NCBI GenBank assembly: GCA_965612865.1
Contig: CBFDTJ010000042.1
Location: 1 to 12,996, forward strand
Direction of reading: 5' to 3'
DNA: 12,996 nucleotides
Source: an uncultured bacterium
GTDB taxonomy: Bacteria; Caldisericota; Caldisericia; B22-G15
In this document: positions 6,868-12,996 of the stretch, piece after piece
Layout of the letters: each line of letters starts with the position of its first letter
How positions within the stretch are numbered: position 1 is the stretch's first letter
Notes under the pieces: model-generated
Databases searched by the model: none
The model's input: the letters and a program-made list of their open reading frames with translations, nothing else
Told to the model about the DNA's origin: nothing
Translations under genes and position numbers: made by a program

Positions 6868-7139
6868 TATATGAAGAGATGGCAAGAGAGTTTGTTAAAA
6901 AGAATGGTCTGGATATAGGAGATGTTGGTTTACAGCTGTTGTGTACTGTTGAAGAGGTTGGGGAAGTTGCGAAAGCAGTGCTTGAAGGAGGAAATCTGGA
7001 AAAAGAAATTGCAGATGCGTTGTTTACGTTGTTTGTGCTTGCAGAGCTTGTTGGAATGGATGTTCAGAAAGTGTATTTTGATGTTGGAATGGAGAACCTT
7101 GGGAAGTCAGGAAAAACAGAAGGAGGAAAAGTTAAATGA
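6864..7139 (+). CDS. MazG-like nucleotide pyrophosphohydrolase (single domain)
   Basis: The acidic metal-binding pattern EEVGEVAKAV...EKEIAD of all-alpha NTP pyrophosphatases. 91 aa. Confidence 0.88.
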   Translation: MIYEEMAREFVKKNGLDIGDVGLQLLCTVEEVGEVAKAVLEGGNLEKEIADALFTLFVLAELVGMDVQKVYFDVGMENLGKSGKTEGGKVK

Positions 7140-7693
7140 TTGACTGGTTATATGAAAAGACTGGAGTGATGAAAAGTTATGGAAGAGGAGATAGGGAGTA
7201 TAATGTTACAGATCTTTTTATCTGCAGGAAAAAAAAGATGTTCAGAGATGCTGGGTATAAGCAGGTTATTACGGTTGATAATGCACTTAGAGGAAGAGTA
7301 ATCGGTCAGCTTGTGCATAAAGGTATGAGTGTACTGCTTGAAGAGGATGGATGGGATACAGGAATGAGGCTGGAAAAGAAAGTTGGAGATTATCTTATTA
7401 TTGGTAAGCCTGATGCTGTTAAGGATGATGTTGTACTTGAAATAAAGTACCAGAGGTATTTTAAGGAGGTTGGTAATGTTCATATATTACAGACAGGTGT
7501 TTATTTGAACATGCTTGGACTGAAGAGAGGGATAATATTATATGTTGCTCCAAATGCTTTTGAAGAAGTGTACATAGACAGAGAGGTGTCTGATGATGAT
7601 ATTTTATGGTTTATTGAACATCCTGTTAGTCCCTTTAGTAAGTGGGAGTGCGAATATTGTGGTTACAGGGTGTATTGTGATACGCCACTGTAG
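7136..7693 (+). CDS. standalone Cas4-like PD-(D/E)xK exonuclease
   Basis: N-terminal Cys (VTDLFICRKK), G..VH, GKPD, LEIK, Q..VY and C-terminal CEYC..RVYC give the 1+3 Cys Fe-S arrangement of Cas4/AddB. Confidence 0.88.
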   Translation: MIDWLYEKTGVMKSYGRGDREYNVTDLFICRKKKMFRDAGYKQVITVDNALRGRVIGQLVHKGMSVLLEEDGWDTGMRLEKKVGDYLIIGKPDAVKDDVVLEIKYQRYFKEVGNVHILQTGVYLNMLGLKRGIILYVAPNAFEEVYIDREVSDDDILWFIEHPVSPFSKWECEYCGYRVYCDTPL

Positions 7694-7755
7694 CTTAATG
7701 GCAGAGCAGCGGATTTGTAATCCGCCGGTTGAGGGTTCAAGTCCCTCCAGTGGCT
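7684..7755 (+). tRNA. tRNA-Thr (anticodon UGU), intronless, CCA not encoded
   Basis: Acceptor GCCACTG/CAGTGGC, D-arm GCTT-AATGGCA-GAGC, anticodon arm GCGGA-TTTGTAA-TCCGC (TGT at 7716-7718), T-arm GAGGG-TTCAAGT-CCCTC. Discriminator U, as in archaeal tRNA-Thr. Confidence 0.97.
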
Positions 7756-7770
7756 TTAGGAGGTGATGAA

Positions 7771-7989
7771 ATGAAATTTAAACTAATGCCGTATGAACAG
7801 TGGTATCAGGTTTTTGGAAAAATAAAGGAACAGATTGAACAGCTGGTAAAAGAATTGCTTTCAGAGGTCTCTGGAGGAGCAGTAGTTTTAGTAGCGTATG
7901 ACAATGATAAGGACAGAATAGTGATTTATTTGAATGGAGAAGAAGTGGCTGTTATTGAAGATAAAGAAAAGAAGGAGGTAATAGAATGA
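7771..7989 (+). CDS. hypothetical protein
   Basis: Track ORF 7729..7989 restarted at ATG 7771 after AGGAGGTGA, because the upstream extension is tRNA sequence. Confidence 0.8.
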   Translation: MKFKLMPYEQWYQVFGKIKEQIEQLVKELLSEVSGGAVVLVAYDNDKDRIVIYLNGEEVAVIEDKEKKEVIE

Positions 7990-8195
7990 CAGAATTCAAG
8001 GATGTTGTGGGAAAGAAAGTGCTGATAAAAGAGTCATGCTCTTCCTTCGATATTGATCTGACAGAAGTGGAAGTAATAGAACTGTCTCCAAATGGTAAAT
8101 ACGTGAAACTCAAAGTGTATACGGATGGACATACCTTTTACGACTGGAGAGCTATTGATAGGTGGAAGATCGTTGATGTGCTGGGGGGTGTTTAG
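7986..8195 (+). CDS. small beta-rich hypothetical protein
   Basis: 69 aa, ATGA-coupled. The pattern VGKKVLI...EVEVIELSPNGKYVKL is SH3/Sm-barrel-like. Confidence 0.75.
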   Translation: MTEFKDVVGKKVLIKESCSSFDIDLTEVEVIELSPNGKYVKLKVYTDGHTFYDWRAIDRWKIVDVLGGV

Positions 8196-8552
8196 ATGAC
8201 CTTCGAAGATTTCTGTCCTGTCTGTAAAGACAACACGATGGAAAAAACACAGGAAGGAAAATACATATGCAGAAAGTGTGGTCTCGGTCGAATAGGAAAT
8301 CCAGACAGGGATCTGGCAGTGATATACGACCGACCGCTTCCGGAGAGTGCATTGGGATTCGACGGAAAATCAGATTACATCGAAGTGCCTCCAAAGAATC
8401 TGACTGATTTAATCAGGTCACTGCCACAGGATCAGTGGTATTCAATTATATGCGACAGTGACGGAGATTTTCTCATCACAAACGAAAAGAACAGGAGTGT
8501 ACTCCCTGATCTTTTCTGTGAAATGAAAAGGAGGAAAGAGAATGACTGTTAA
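8196..8552 (+). CDS. Zn-ribbon-containing hypothetical protein
   Basis: CPVC...YICRKCG at the N-terminus, then SALGFDGKSDYIEV. Confidence 0.75.
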   Translation: MTFEDFCPVCKDNTMEKTQEGKYICRKCGLGRIGNPDRDLAVIYDRPLPESALGFDGKSDYIEVPPKNLTDLIRSLPQDQWYSIICDSDGDFLITNEKNRSVLPDLFCEMKRRKENDC

Positions 8553-8646
8553 GATCTCTCTAAACAAAATAAAACCCAAAAAACCTGTTAATGACTTGTC
8601 AGACGAACAGATAGCAAGACAGTGGGAGGTTTGTAGAGATGTTTGA
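8542..8646 (+). CDS. microprotein (34 aa)
   Basis: Hand-translated MTVKISLNKIKPKKPVNDLSDEQIARQWEVCRDV*. AGGAGG RBS. Fills the gap between neighbours. Confidence 0.5.
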   Translation: MTVKISLNKIKPKKPVNDLSDEQIARQWEVCRDV

Positions 8647-8794
8647 TGGAGTCGTTGAAGTCGTTGAGTATGAAGAAATAACGCTGTTCAAGGAAAAGTT
8701 CAAAGAGATGGTTGAATATTTCTACAAAAACGGCTGGATAACCGAGAAAGAGTATGCGGAGTTAATAGATGCCTTAAAAGGGATTGATGAATGA
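8639..8794 (+). CDS. small protein with a SHOCT-like motif (51 aa)
   Basis: Hand-translated MFDGVVEVVEYEEITLFKEKFKEMVEYFYKNGWITEKEYAELIDALKGIDE*. G-x-I-T-E-x-E-Y motif, GGAGGT RBS, ATGA overlap with the next gene. Confidence 0.65.
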   Translation: MFDGVVEVVEYEEITLFKEKFKEMVEYFYKNGWITEKEYAELIDALKGIDE

Positions 8795-9087
8795 TGAAAG
8801 TCGTATACACAGCATATTCGAGCAAGAATTTTCGATTGCGTGCGAGAATAACAAGATATGTATCTAATCAGGGAGCAGTTCCGATCAATCCATTTTTGAA
8901 CTTTGATTATTTTTTGATGGACACTATAGACGAAGAGACGCAAAAGAAGTTGAATCTCGAACTGATAAGAAGAGTTGACGAAGTTTGGGTCTTTGGTGAA
9001 ATATCAGACGGCGTGAAAGAAGAGATAGACTTCGCGCATTCTATTCAGAAGCCCGTGAGGTATGTAAATTTGGAGGTGGTTGGATGA
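8791..9087 (+). CDS. nucleoside 2-deoxyribosyltransferase-fold protein (DUF4406-like)
   Basis: VVYTAY...GAVPINP...LIRRVDEVWVFG..S.GV..EI.FA....KPV matches the NDT/Rcl-like flavodoxin-fold pattern. Confidence 0.75.
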   Translation: MMKVVYTAYSSKNFRLRARITRYVSNQGAVPINPFLNFDYFLMDTIDEETQKKLNLELIRRVDEVWVFGEISDGVKEEIDFAHSIQKPVRYVNLEVVG

Positions 9088-9422
9088 ATAATAGAAAGAG
9101 AGGGTACTACGTATTCAATGCCGATGAGTATGAAGAAGGAATTGCAGTAGTCGCGAGAACTGCTCGAGAAGCAAAAATAGTTGCATTCAATTATGCTTTT
9201 GATATAGTCGGAGATGATTGGCTGAATCTGCGGTGTAAGTGGATTAGAGACGCGAATGTTGAAAACCTACCATTTGGTGTTGTAGAAGAGCCTGAAGCAG
9301 GGTTGAGAGCAGGAATCTATGCTGCAATAGAAGGAGTTTGTGAAATCTGTAGTGAAGAGAAGATTGTAACATACCACAACAAGAAAATAATATGTTATGA
9401 TTGCTTAGAGGTGGTTGGATGA
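9084..9422 (+). CDS. hypothetical protein with a C-terminal Zn finger
   Basis: 112 aa with CEIC...ICYDC. ATGA-coupled at both ends. Confidence 0.8.
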   Translation: MNNRKRGYYVFNADEYEEGIAVVARTAREAKIVAFNYAFDIVGDDWLNLRCKWIRDANVENLPFGVVEEPEAGLRAGIYAAIEGVCEICSEEKIVTYHNKKIICYDCLEVVG

Positions 9423-9556
9423 GCAAGATCGATCTTTCGGATACCTGGCTCAGGTATTGCAAAGACTGCAAAAGACTGACTTGGCACAAAGATACGGATC
9501 CATGTGGATCTGGGGTGGTTGGAACGTGTACTGTATGTGGTCGTCCGAATCGATAA
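9419..9556 (+). CDS. Zn-ribbon microprotein (45 aa)
   Basis: Hand-translated MSKIDLSDTWLRYCKDCKRLTWHKDTDPCGSGVVGTCTVCGRPNR*, with two CxxC motifs. Confidence 0.75.
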   Translation: MSKIDLSDTWLRYCKDCKRLTWHKDTDPCGSGVVGTCTVCGRPNR

Positions 9557-9568
9557 GGAGGTGATTGG

Positions 9569-9742
9569 ATGAATGAATGGGATGAAAATTCTGAGACTGA
9601 AGAATGGTATGATGAAGATACACCATCCTGCTTTGGTGATTATGTTCCTAGATCAGAGGAGTGCGAATTCCGTTGTGAATGGCAGGAGGAATGTATGGAG
9701 ATGAGTTATCCACCGGGGACGTTTGAGGAGGAAGAAGAATGA
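9569..9742 (+). CDS. highly acidic Cys-containing microprotein (57 aa)
   Basis: Hand-translated MNEWDENSETEEWYDEDTPSCFGDYVPRSEECEFRCEWQEECMEMSYPPGTFEEEEE*. GGAGGTGA RBS and ATGA overlap with the next gene. Confidence 0.75.
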   Translation: MNEWDENSETEEWYDEDTPSCFGDYVPRSEECEFRCEWQEECMEMSYPPGTFEEEEE

Positions 9743-9972
9743 CTAAAATTCGAGTTCTAAATCCAAACTACGATCTCAGTCAAGAAAGTGATCTTGAGCT
9801 CGTTGAGATGATGAAAGAACTGTGTGAGACATACGTAATGTGCAGGCATGAAATATCAACTGCTACATGCGACGTGTGGGCGTCTATTGTTCGTGTGGCG
9901 GAAGAGATTGTGAGAAGAGGAAATGTTACAGAGTCGCTTTTTAGTTTGTTTGATGTGGAGGTGGAGAAATGA
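9739..9972 (+). CDS. hypothetical protein
   Basis: 77 aa ORF, ATGA-coupled at both ends. Confidence 0.75.
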   Translation: MTKIRVLNPNYDLSQESDLELVEMMKELCETYVMCRHEISTATCDVWASIVRVAEEIVRRGNVTESLFSLFDVEVEK

Positions 9973-10436
9973 AAAATGAAATAAAACAAATCCTCTTCGA
10001 ACTCCGTGACAAGGTAGATAAATGCATCCCAGCGATAGTCAGGAGTATAAAGGACATAGAAGACAGAATGTATGAGGTTGAAAAAGAAAATCGTTTGTAT
10101 ATAGAAGGTGAGCTGATGTTTGAGTTTAGTACAGAGAAGAAACAGGTTAATGGTGAGCTTATGGATTTTGATGAGGCTTTTGTTAGTGAAGTTGTTGACT
10201 TTCAGTTTATTCTGGCAGTAACTCTGATGAGACATCATCCTACGGACTTAAAGATCAGGATGGAGAAGGGATGGATAAAGGTGTTTGAGAAAGCTTTTAT
10301 GTTACTGGACTTTAATGATTGCCTGCACATGGAAGAAGAAAAGCACCATGAAGAAATTATCAGGGTTATGAGAGAGAGGTTAAATGAGATAGATCTGGAT
10401 GAGATGGCCGCGGAGATAGAGAGAAAAATAAAATGA
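9969..10436 (+). CDS. hypothetical protein
   Basis: 155 aa helical-looking ORF with a GGAGGTGG RBS. Confidence 0.8.
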   Translation: MKNEIKQILFELRDKVDKCIPAIVRSIKDIEDRMYEVEKENRLYIEGELMFEFSTEKKQVNGELMDFDEAFVSEVVDFQFILAVTLMRHHPTDLKIRMEKGWIKVFEKAFMLLDFNDCLHMEEEKHHEEIIRVMRERLNEIDLDEMAAEIERKIK

Positions 10437-10465
10437 GTCTGGAAATAAGGGCAGGGTGGTATTAA

Positions 10466-10798
10466 ATGAAAGAAGAAGAATGTATAGTTTGTGGACATAA
10501 GCTTTGTGATCATATAGACGAAGGAAATGGTTGGAGGTGTCATAGTTTAGGAGTTGATACTAGGCAGTGTGAATGTTTTTTGAGAAAGCATCGTGATCTG
10601 TTTGGGGAAGTCAGCTTAGATTATTATTCTGTTCAGCGGAGGGTAGAGGAAGCAGAAAAGGAAATAGAAAGACTTGAGAAGATGCTTGAAAAAGAAATGA
10701 AAGAACGTTGGCAGCAGATAATAGAAATGCTTTTTGGAAAAATTAAAAAGGAGGTGAAAAATGAAAAAGAAGCCGATTGTGAAGACAGTATGGTGTGA
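10466..10798 (+). CDS. Cys/His metal-binding protein with a coiled-coil tail
   Basis: CIVCGH..CDH....RCH....CEC followed by an E/K-rich heptad region. Confidence 0.75.
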   Translation: MKEEECIVCGHKLCDHIDEGNGWRCHSLGVDTRQCECFLRKHRDLFGEVSLDYYSVQRRVEEAEKEIERLEKMLEKEMKERWQQIIEMLFGKIKKEVKNEKEADCEDSMV

Positions 10799-10895
10799 TA
10801 AGCGTAATGAGTATGTTTTTCTTGGTGTGTGCAGAGAGTGTCCTAACTGTGAAGGGATAGACCTTGGAAGGATGTTTGTATGGTGTGATGCATGA
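10761..10895 (+). CDS. Cys-rich microprotein (44 aa)
   Basis: Hand-translated MKKKPIVKTVWCDKRNEYVFLGVCRECPNCEGIDLGRMFVWCDA*. AAGGAGGTGA RBS and ATGA overlap with the methyltransferase. Confidence 0.7.
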   Translation: MKKKPIVKTVWCDKRNEYVFLGVCRECPNCEGIDLGRMFVWCDA

Positions 10896-11713
10896 AACTC
10901 AGGTATAAGCTTATTTTTGGAGATTGTGAAGAGGTAATGGAAAGTATGGAAAAGGTGGATCTTGTTGTTACAAGTCCGCCTTACTATACTATGAGGGGAC
11001 ATGTTAAGTACAGAACGTATGCAGAGTATTTAAGAAAGATGGAAAGGTGTTTCAGGAGGATATATGAAGTGCTAAAGTATGGTAGGGTTTTTGCATTGAA
11101 TGTTCCTTATGTTTACAGTGATGAAGATACAAGGTATTTTGTTGGTTTTGATCTTTACAAAATTGCAGAAAAGATGTTCAGGTTGCAGGAATGTATAGTA
11201 TGGGTAAAGGATGCAGGAGCGTTCAGAGGTAGTGGTAGTCGTGGTAGGTTTAGTACTTTTGTTCAGTTTCCTTATGCGTTTTATTATTTTCCTAATTACC
11301 AGTGGGAGTTTATATTTGTTTTTACAAAGGGAAAGATGAGAAAGGGAGAGATAGGGAAAGGAGAGGTTGGTATTGATGTTAGTGAGTTTAACGGAGATGT
11401 GTGGAGGTTAAAAACAGCGTCGCAGGAGTATAGAGAAACTGATCATCCTGCTATGTTTCCTTCGCAGTTACCAAGGAATATAATATCGTTTTACAGTTAT
11501 GAAGGTGATGTAGTACTGGATCCTTTTCTTGGTAGTGGTACAACTATGGCTGTTGCTAAAGAGCTTGGTAGAAGCTGCATTGGTATAGAGATAGAGGAGA
11601 AGTATGAGGATGTTATAAAAAGAAAAGTTGGGTGGAATCAACAGATGTTAGGCTATGAGGTGGAGTATGAGATTAGAAGAGTTAAAGAGAGAGAAAAGAA
11701 AGATTGTCAGTAG
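10892..11713 (+). CDS. DNA methyltransferase, N6_N4_Mtase beta class (probably N4-cytosine)
   Basis: GDC..., catalytic DLVVTSPPY before SAM-binding VLDPFLGSGTT, plus HPAMFP and IGIEI. SPPY is typical of N4-C enzymes. Confidence 0.93.
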   Translation: MKLRYKLIFGDCEEVMESMEKVDLVVTSPPYYTMRGHVKYRTYAEYLRKMERCFRRIYEVLKYGRVFALNVPYVYSDEDTRYFVGFDLYKIAEKMFRLQECIVWVKDAGAFRGSGSRGRFSTFVQFPYAFYYFPNYQWEFIFVFTKGKMRKGEIGKGEVGIDVSEFNGDVWRLKTASQEYRETDHPAMFPSQLPRNIISFYSYEGDVVLDPFLGSGTTMAVAKELGRSCIGIEIEEKYEDVIKRKVGWNQQMLGYEVEYEIRRVKEREKKDCQ

Positions 11714-12494
11714 TATTGGTGGTCTTGTAAGAAGTTTGAATTATCATTACAGAAAGGTAAAAGTAGCACCTGAGAAGAGAAAGAAGTATCATATTGATAA
11801 GATAAGAGAGCTTGAGTATAAGATTCTTAAGAGGTATGAAGAGCTTGAGGAGATTAACAGGAAGATAAAAGAAGCTGAAAGGAAAGAATTTATTGATATT
11901 GATGAGAATACAGGATATTTTATTTATTACGATCGTGATAACGAAATGTACTATCTTGTCAGACCTGAAAAAGCAGGAGCAACGCAGGAGATTTTACCTG
12001 GATTCTATCAGTGTGTTGAAATTACCGTGAATTATGCTTTTGAGACAGGGTGGGAGGATGATCCAAAAAGAGATCTTGGTGCAGAGATAAAGGTGAGTGT
12101 TAGAGTTGAAAGGATGGGAAGAGAGAAGGTACATAAGGTTGCAGATCTTATTCATGAGGCGTTTAAGGAGTTTGTTGCTCATTACTTTGGATATGATTTT
12201 GGAAAACCGAATCTGGCTAAAGGATATGTTATTGCAAGAGGTATAATGACAAAAATAATGCCTGAATCGGTTAAAGAGAAGATGGAAATTGAAACACCGG
12301 AGCCTATAAAGGTTGGTGTTTATTTCAGAGTAACAAATGAACCAGCAACACTTATTCCGGAGGAAAGGTATGTTAGAGGTGTTGTTTTCAGAGAATGGCA
12401 CAGAGGAAGAGGAGAATACAGAAAAGACTTTGATTTGCCATTTAATCTGAAAGAATGGTTTGATTATATTGGTGCGTGGGAGGAACTGATGTGA
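11667..12494 (+). CDS. hypothetical protein with a basic coiled-coil N-terminus
   Basis: Track ORF 11655..12494. ATG 11667 follows GAGGTGGAG. No family recognised. Confidence 0.75.
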   Translation: MRLEELKREKRKIVSSIGGLVRSLNYHYRKVKVAPEKRKKYHIDKIRELEYKILKRYEELEEINRKIKEAERKEFIDIDENTGYFIYYDRDNEMYYLVRPEKAGATQEILPGFYQCVEITVNYAFETGWEDDPKRDLGAEIKVSVRVERMGREKVHKVADLIHEAFKEFVAHYFGYDFGKPNLAKGYVIARGIMTKIMPESVKEKMEIETPEPIKVGVYFRVTNEPATLIPEERYVRGVVFREWHRGRGEYRKDFDLPFNLKEWFDYIGAWEELM

Positions 12495-12996
12495 GATGTG
12501 AAGAGTGTAATGGAAATCTTGTTTACGATAGTGTACGTGGTGAGACCTATTGTGAGGACTGTGGACTTGTTGTAGAGGAAAATATAATTGATACAAGAAG
12601 AGAGTGGAGAGTTTTCAGTACAAGAGATTTCAATGAGAGAAGTAGAACAGGACCTGCAGAAACGTATATGTTACATGATAAGGGACTTGGAAGTGAAATT
12701 TTTTTAAAAGGAAAGCTTAGGACGTTGAATAAGAGAATTAAGTTTGTTAGGGGCTCTGACAGGAGCAAAGTTACTGCAATTAATCTTGCTGTTAAGGTAT
12801 GCGGAGATTTACATTTACCAAGGTATGCTGTTGAAGATGTATGTTTTTATCTGAATAAAGTTTACAGTGCTGGTAGAACAAAAGGAAGACCGCTGGAAAT
12901 GGTTGTTGCAGGTACGGTGTACTTTGTTTGTAGAATGAGAAGAATAGCAAAGAGTGCTACTGAAATTGCTCGTGTTACTGGTGTAAAAAAGAAGAA
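12491..12996 (+). CDS. tfb: archaeal transcription initiation factor IIB (TFB) homolog, 3'-truncated by the window
   Basis: GTG start overlapping the upstream TGA, open to the window end. MRCEECNGNLVYDSVRGETYCEDCGLVVEENIID (Zn ribbon), EWRVF (B-reader), RSRTGP...HDKGL, then the cyclin fold LHLP...KGRPLEMVVAGTVYFVCR...EIA. Confidence 0.93.
   Translation, partial: MRCEECNGNLVYDSVRGETYCEDCGLVVEENIIDTRREWRVFSTRDFNERSRTGPAETYMLHDKGLGSEIFLKGKLRTLNKRIKFVRGSDRSKVTAINLAVKVCGDLHLPRYAVEDVCFYLNKVYSAGRTKGRPLEMVVAGTVYFVCRMRRIAKSATEIARVTGVKKK

Larger units (their letters stand above)
9073..9572 (+). repeat. 15-bp junction repeat GAGGTG(G/A)TTGGATGA at three consecutive gene boundaries
   Basis: Exact copies at 9073-9087 and 9408-9422, and a one-mismatch copy at 9558-9572. 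Two adjacent proteins both end LEVVG*. Confidence 0.88.

Noticed and set aside
6922..7143. Alternative + frame ORF inside the MazG-like gene
   Set aside because: It is almost wholly nested in a gene with clear motifs and has no family signal of its own.
5386..7693. DinG + Cas4 as a CRISPR-Cas (type IV-like) locus
   Set aside because: There is no repeat-spacer array and no cas1/cas5/cas6/cas7-like gene in the window. Standalone Cas4-like nucleases are common in archaeal viruses.
7729..7770. N-terminal extension MRVQVPPVALGGDE of ORF 7729..7989 (likewise the extensions at 1955, 3879 and 4494)
   Set aside because: These run through the tRNA, hairpin or upstream gene, and better ATGs follow clear RBS motifs.
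9073..9572. Junction repeats as a CRISPR mini-array
   Set aside because: The repeats are only 15 bp, and the 135-320 bp intervals are intact ORFs.
7740..10465. attL/attR duplication of the tRNA 3' end bounding the C-richer block
   Set aside because: I found no second copy of CCCTCCAGTGGC by eye and no integrase in the window.
1286..12768. All minus-strand ORFs in the track (e.g. 4102..4578, 9780..10238, 11994..12596, 12547..12768)
   Set aside because: They are antisense shadows of + strand genes, with Ser/Leu/Phe/His-rich composition, no RBS and no motifs. 12547..12768 lies opposite the TFB gene.

Overview
Bases 3-68 are an un-trimmed Illumina Nextera P7 adapter, so the biological sequence starts at 69. 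The rest looks like the early/replication region of a virus, provirus or related mobile element of an archaeon, probably an anaerobic euryarchaeote. The evidence is about 40 tightly packed, translationally coupled ORFs, all on the + strand, with GGAGGTG ribosome-binding sites, AGA/AGG/ATA-rich codons and strong G>>C skew. Recognisable products are an AAA_24/Sak4-like P-loop ATPase, an Fe-S DinG/XPD-type SF2 helicase, a MazG-like pyrophosphatase, a standalone Cas4-like nuclease, a nucleoside deoxyribosyltransferase-fold protein, a beta-class amino-DNA methyltransferase, small RHH- and AbrB-like regulators and many Cys-rich microproteins. A divergent archaeal transcription factor B (TFB), missed by the ORF track, runs off the right edge. 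There is a complete tRNA-Thr(UGU) and, separately, an unusual 47-nt tRNA-like element (acceptor stem plus T-arm only) followed by a GNRA hairpin. Both RNAs overlap the stop codon of the upstream gene. Several small genes are bracketed by identical 15-18 bp RBS/stop/start junction repeats, and a block richer in C follows the tRNA. No capsid, terminase or integrase gene is in the window, so the viral call is an inference. All family assignments come from motifs recognised by eye, not from database searches.
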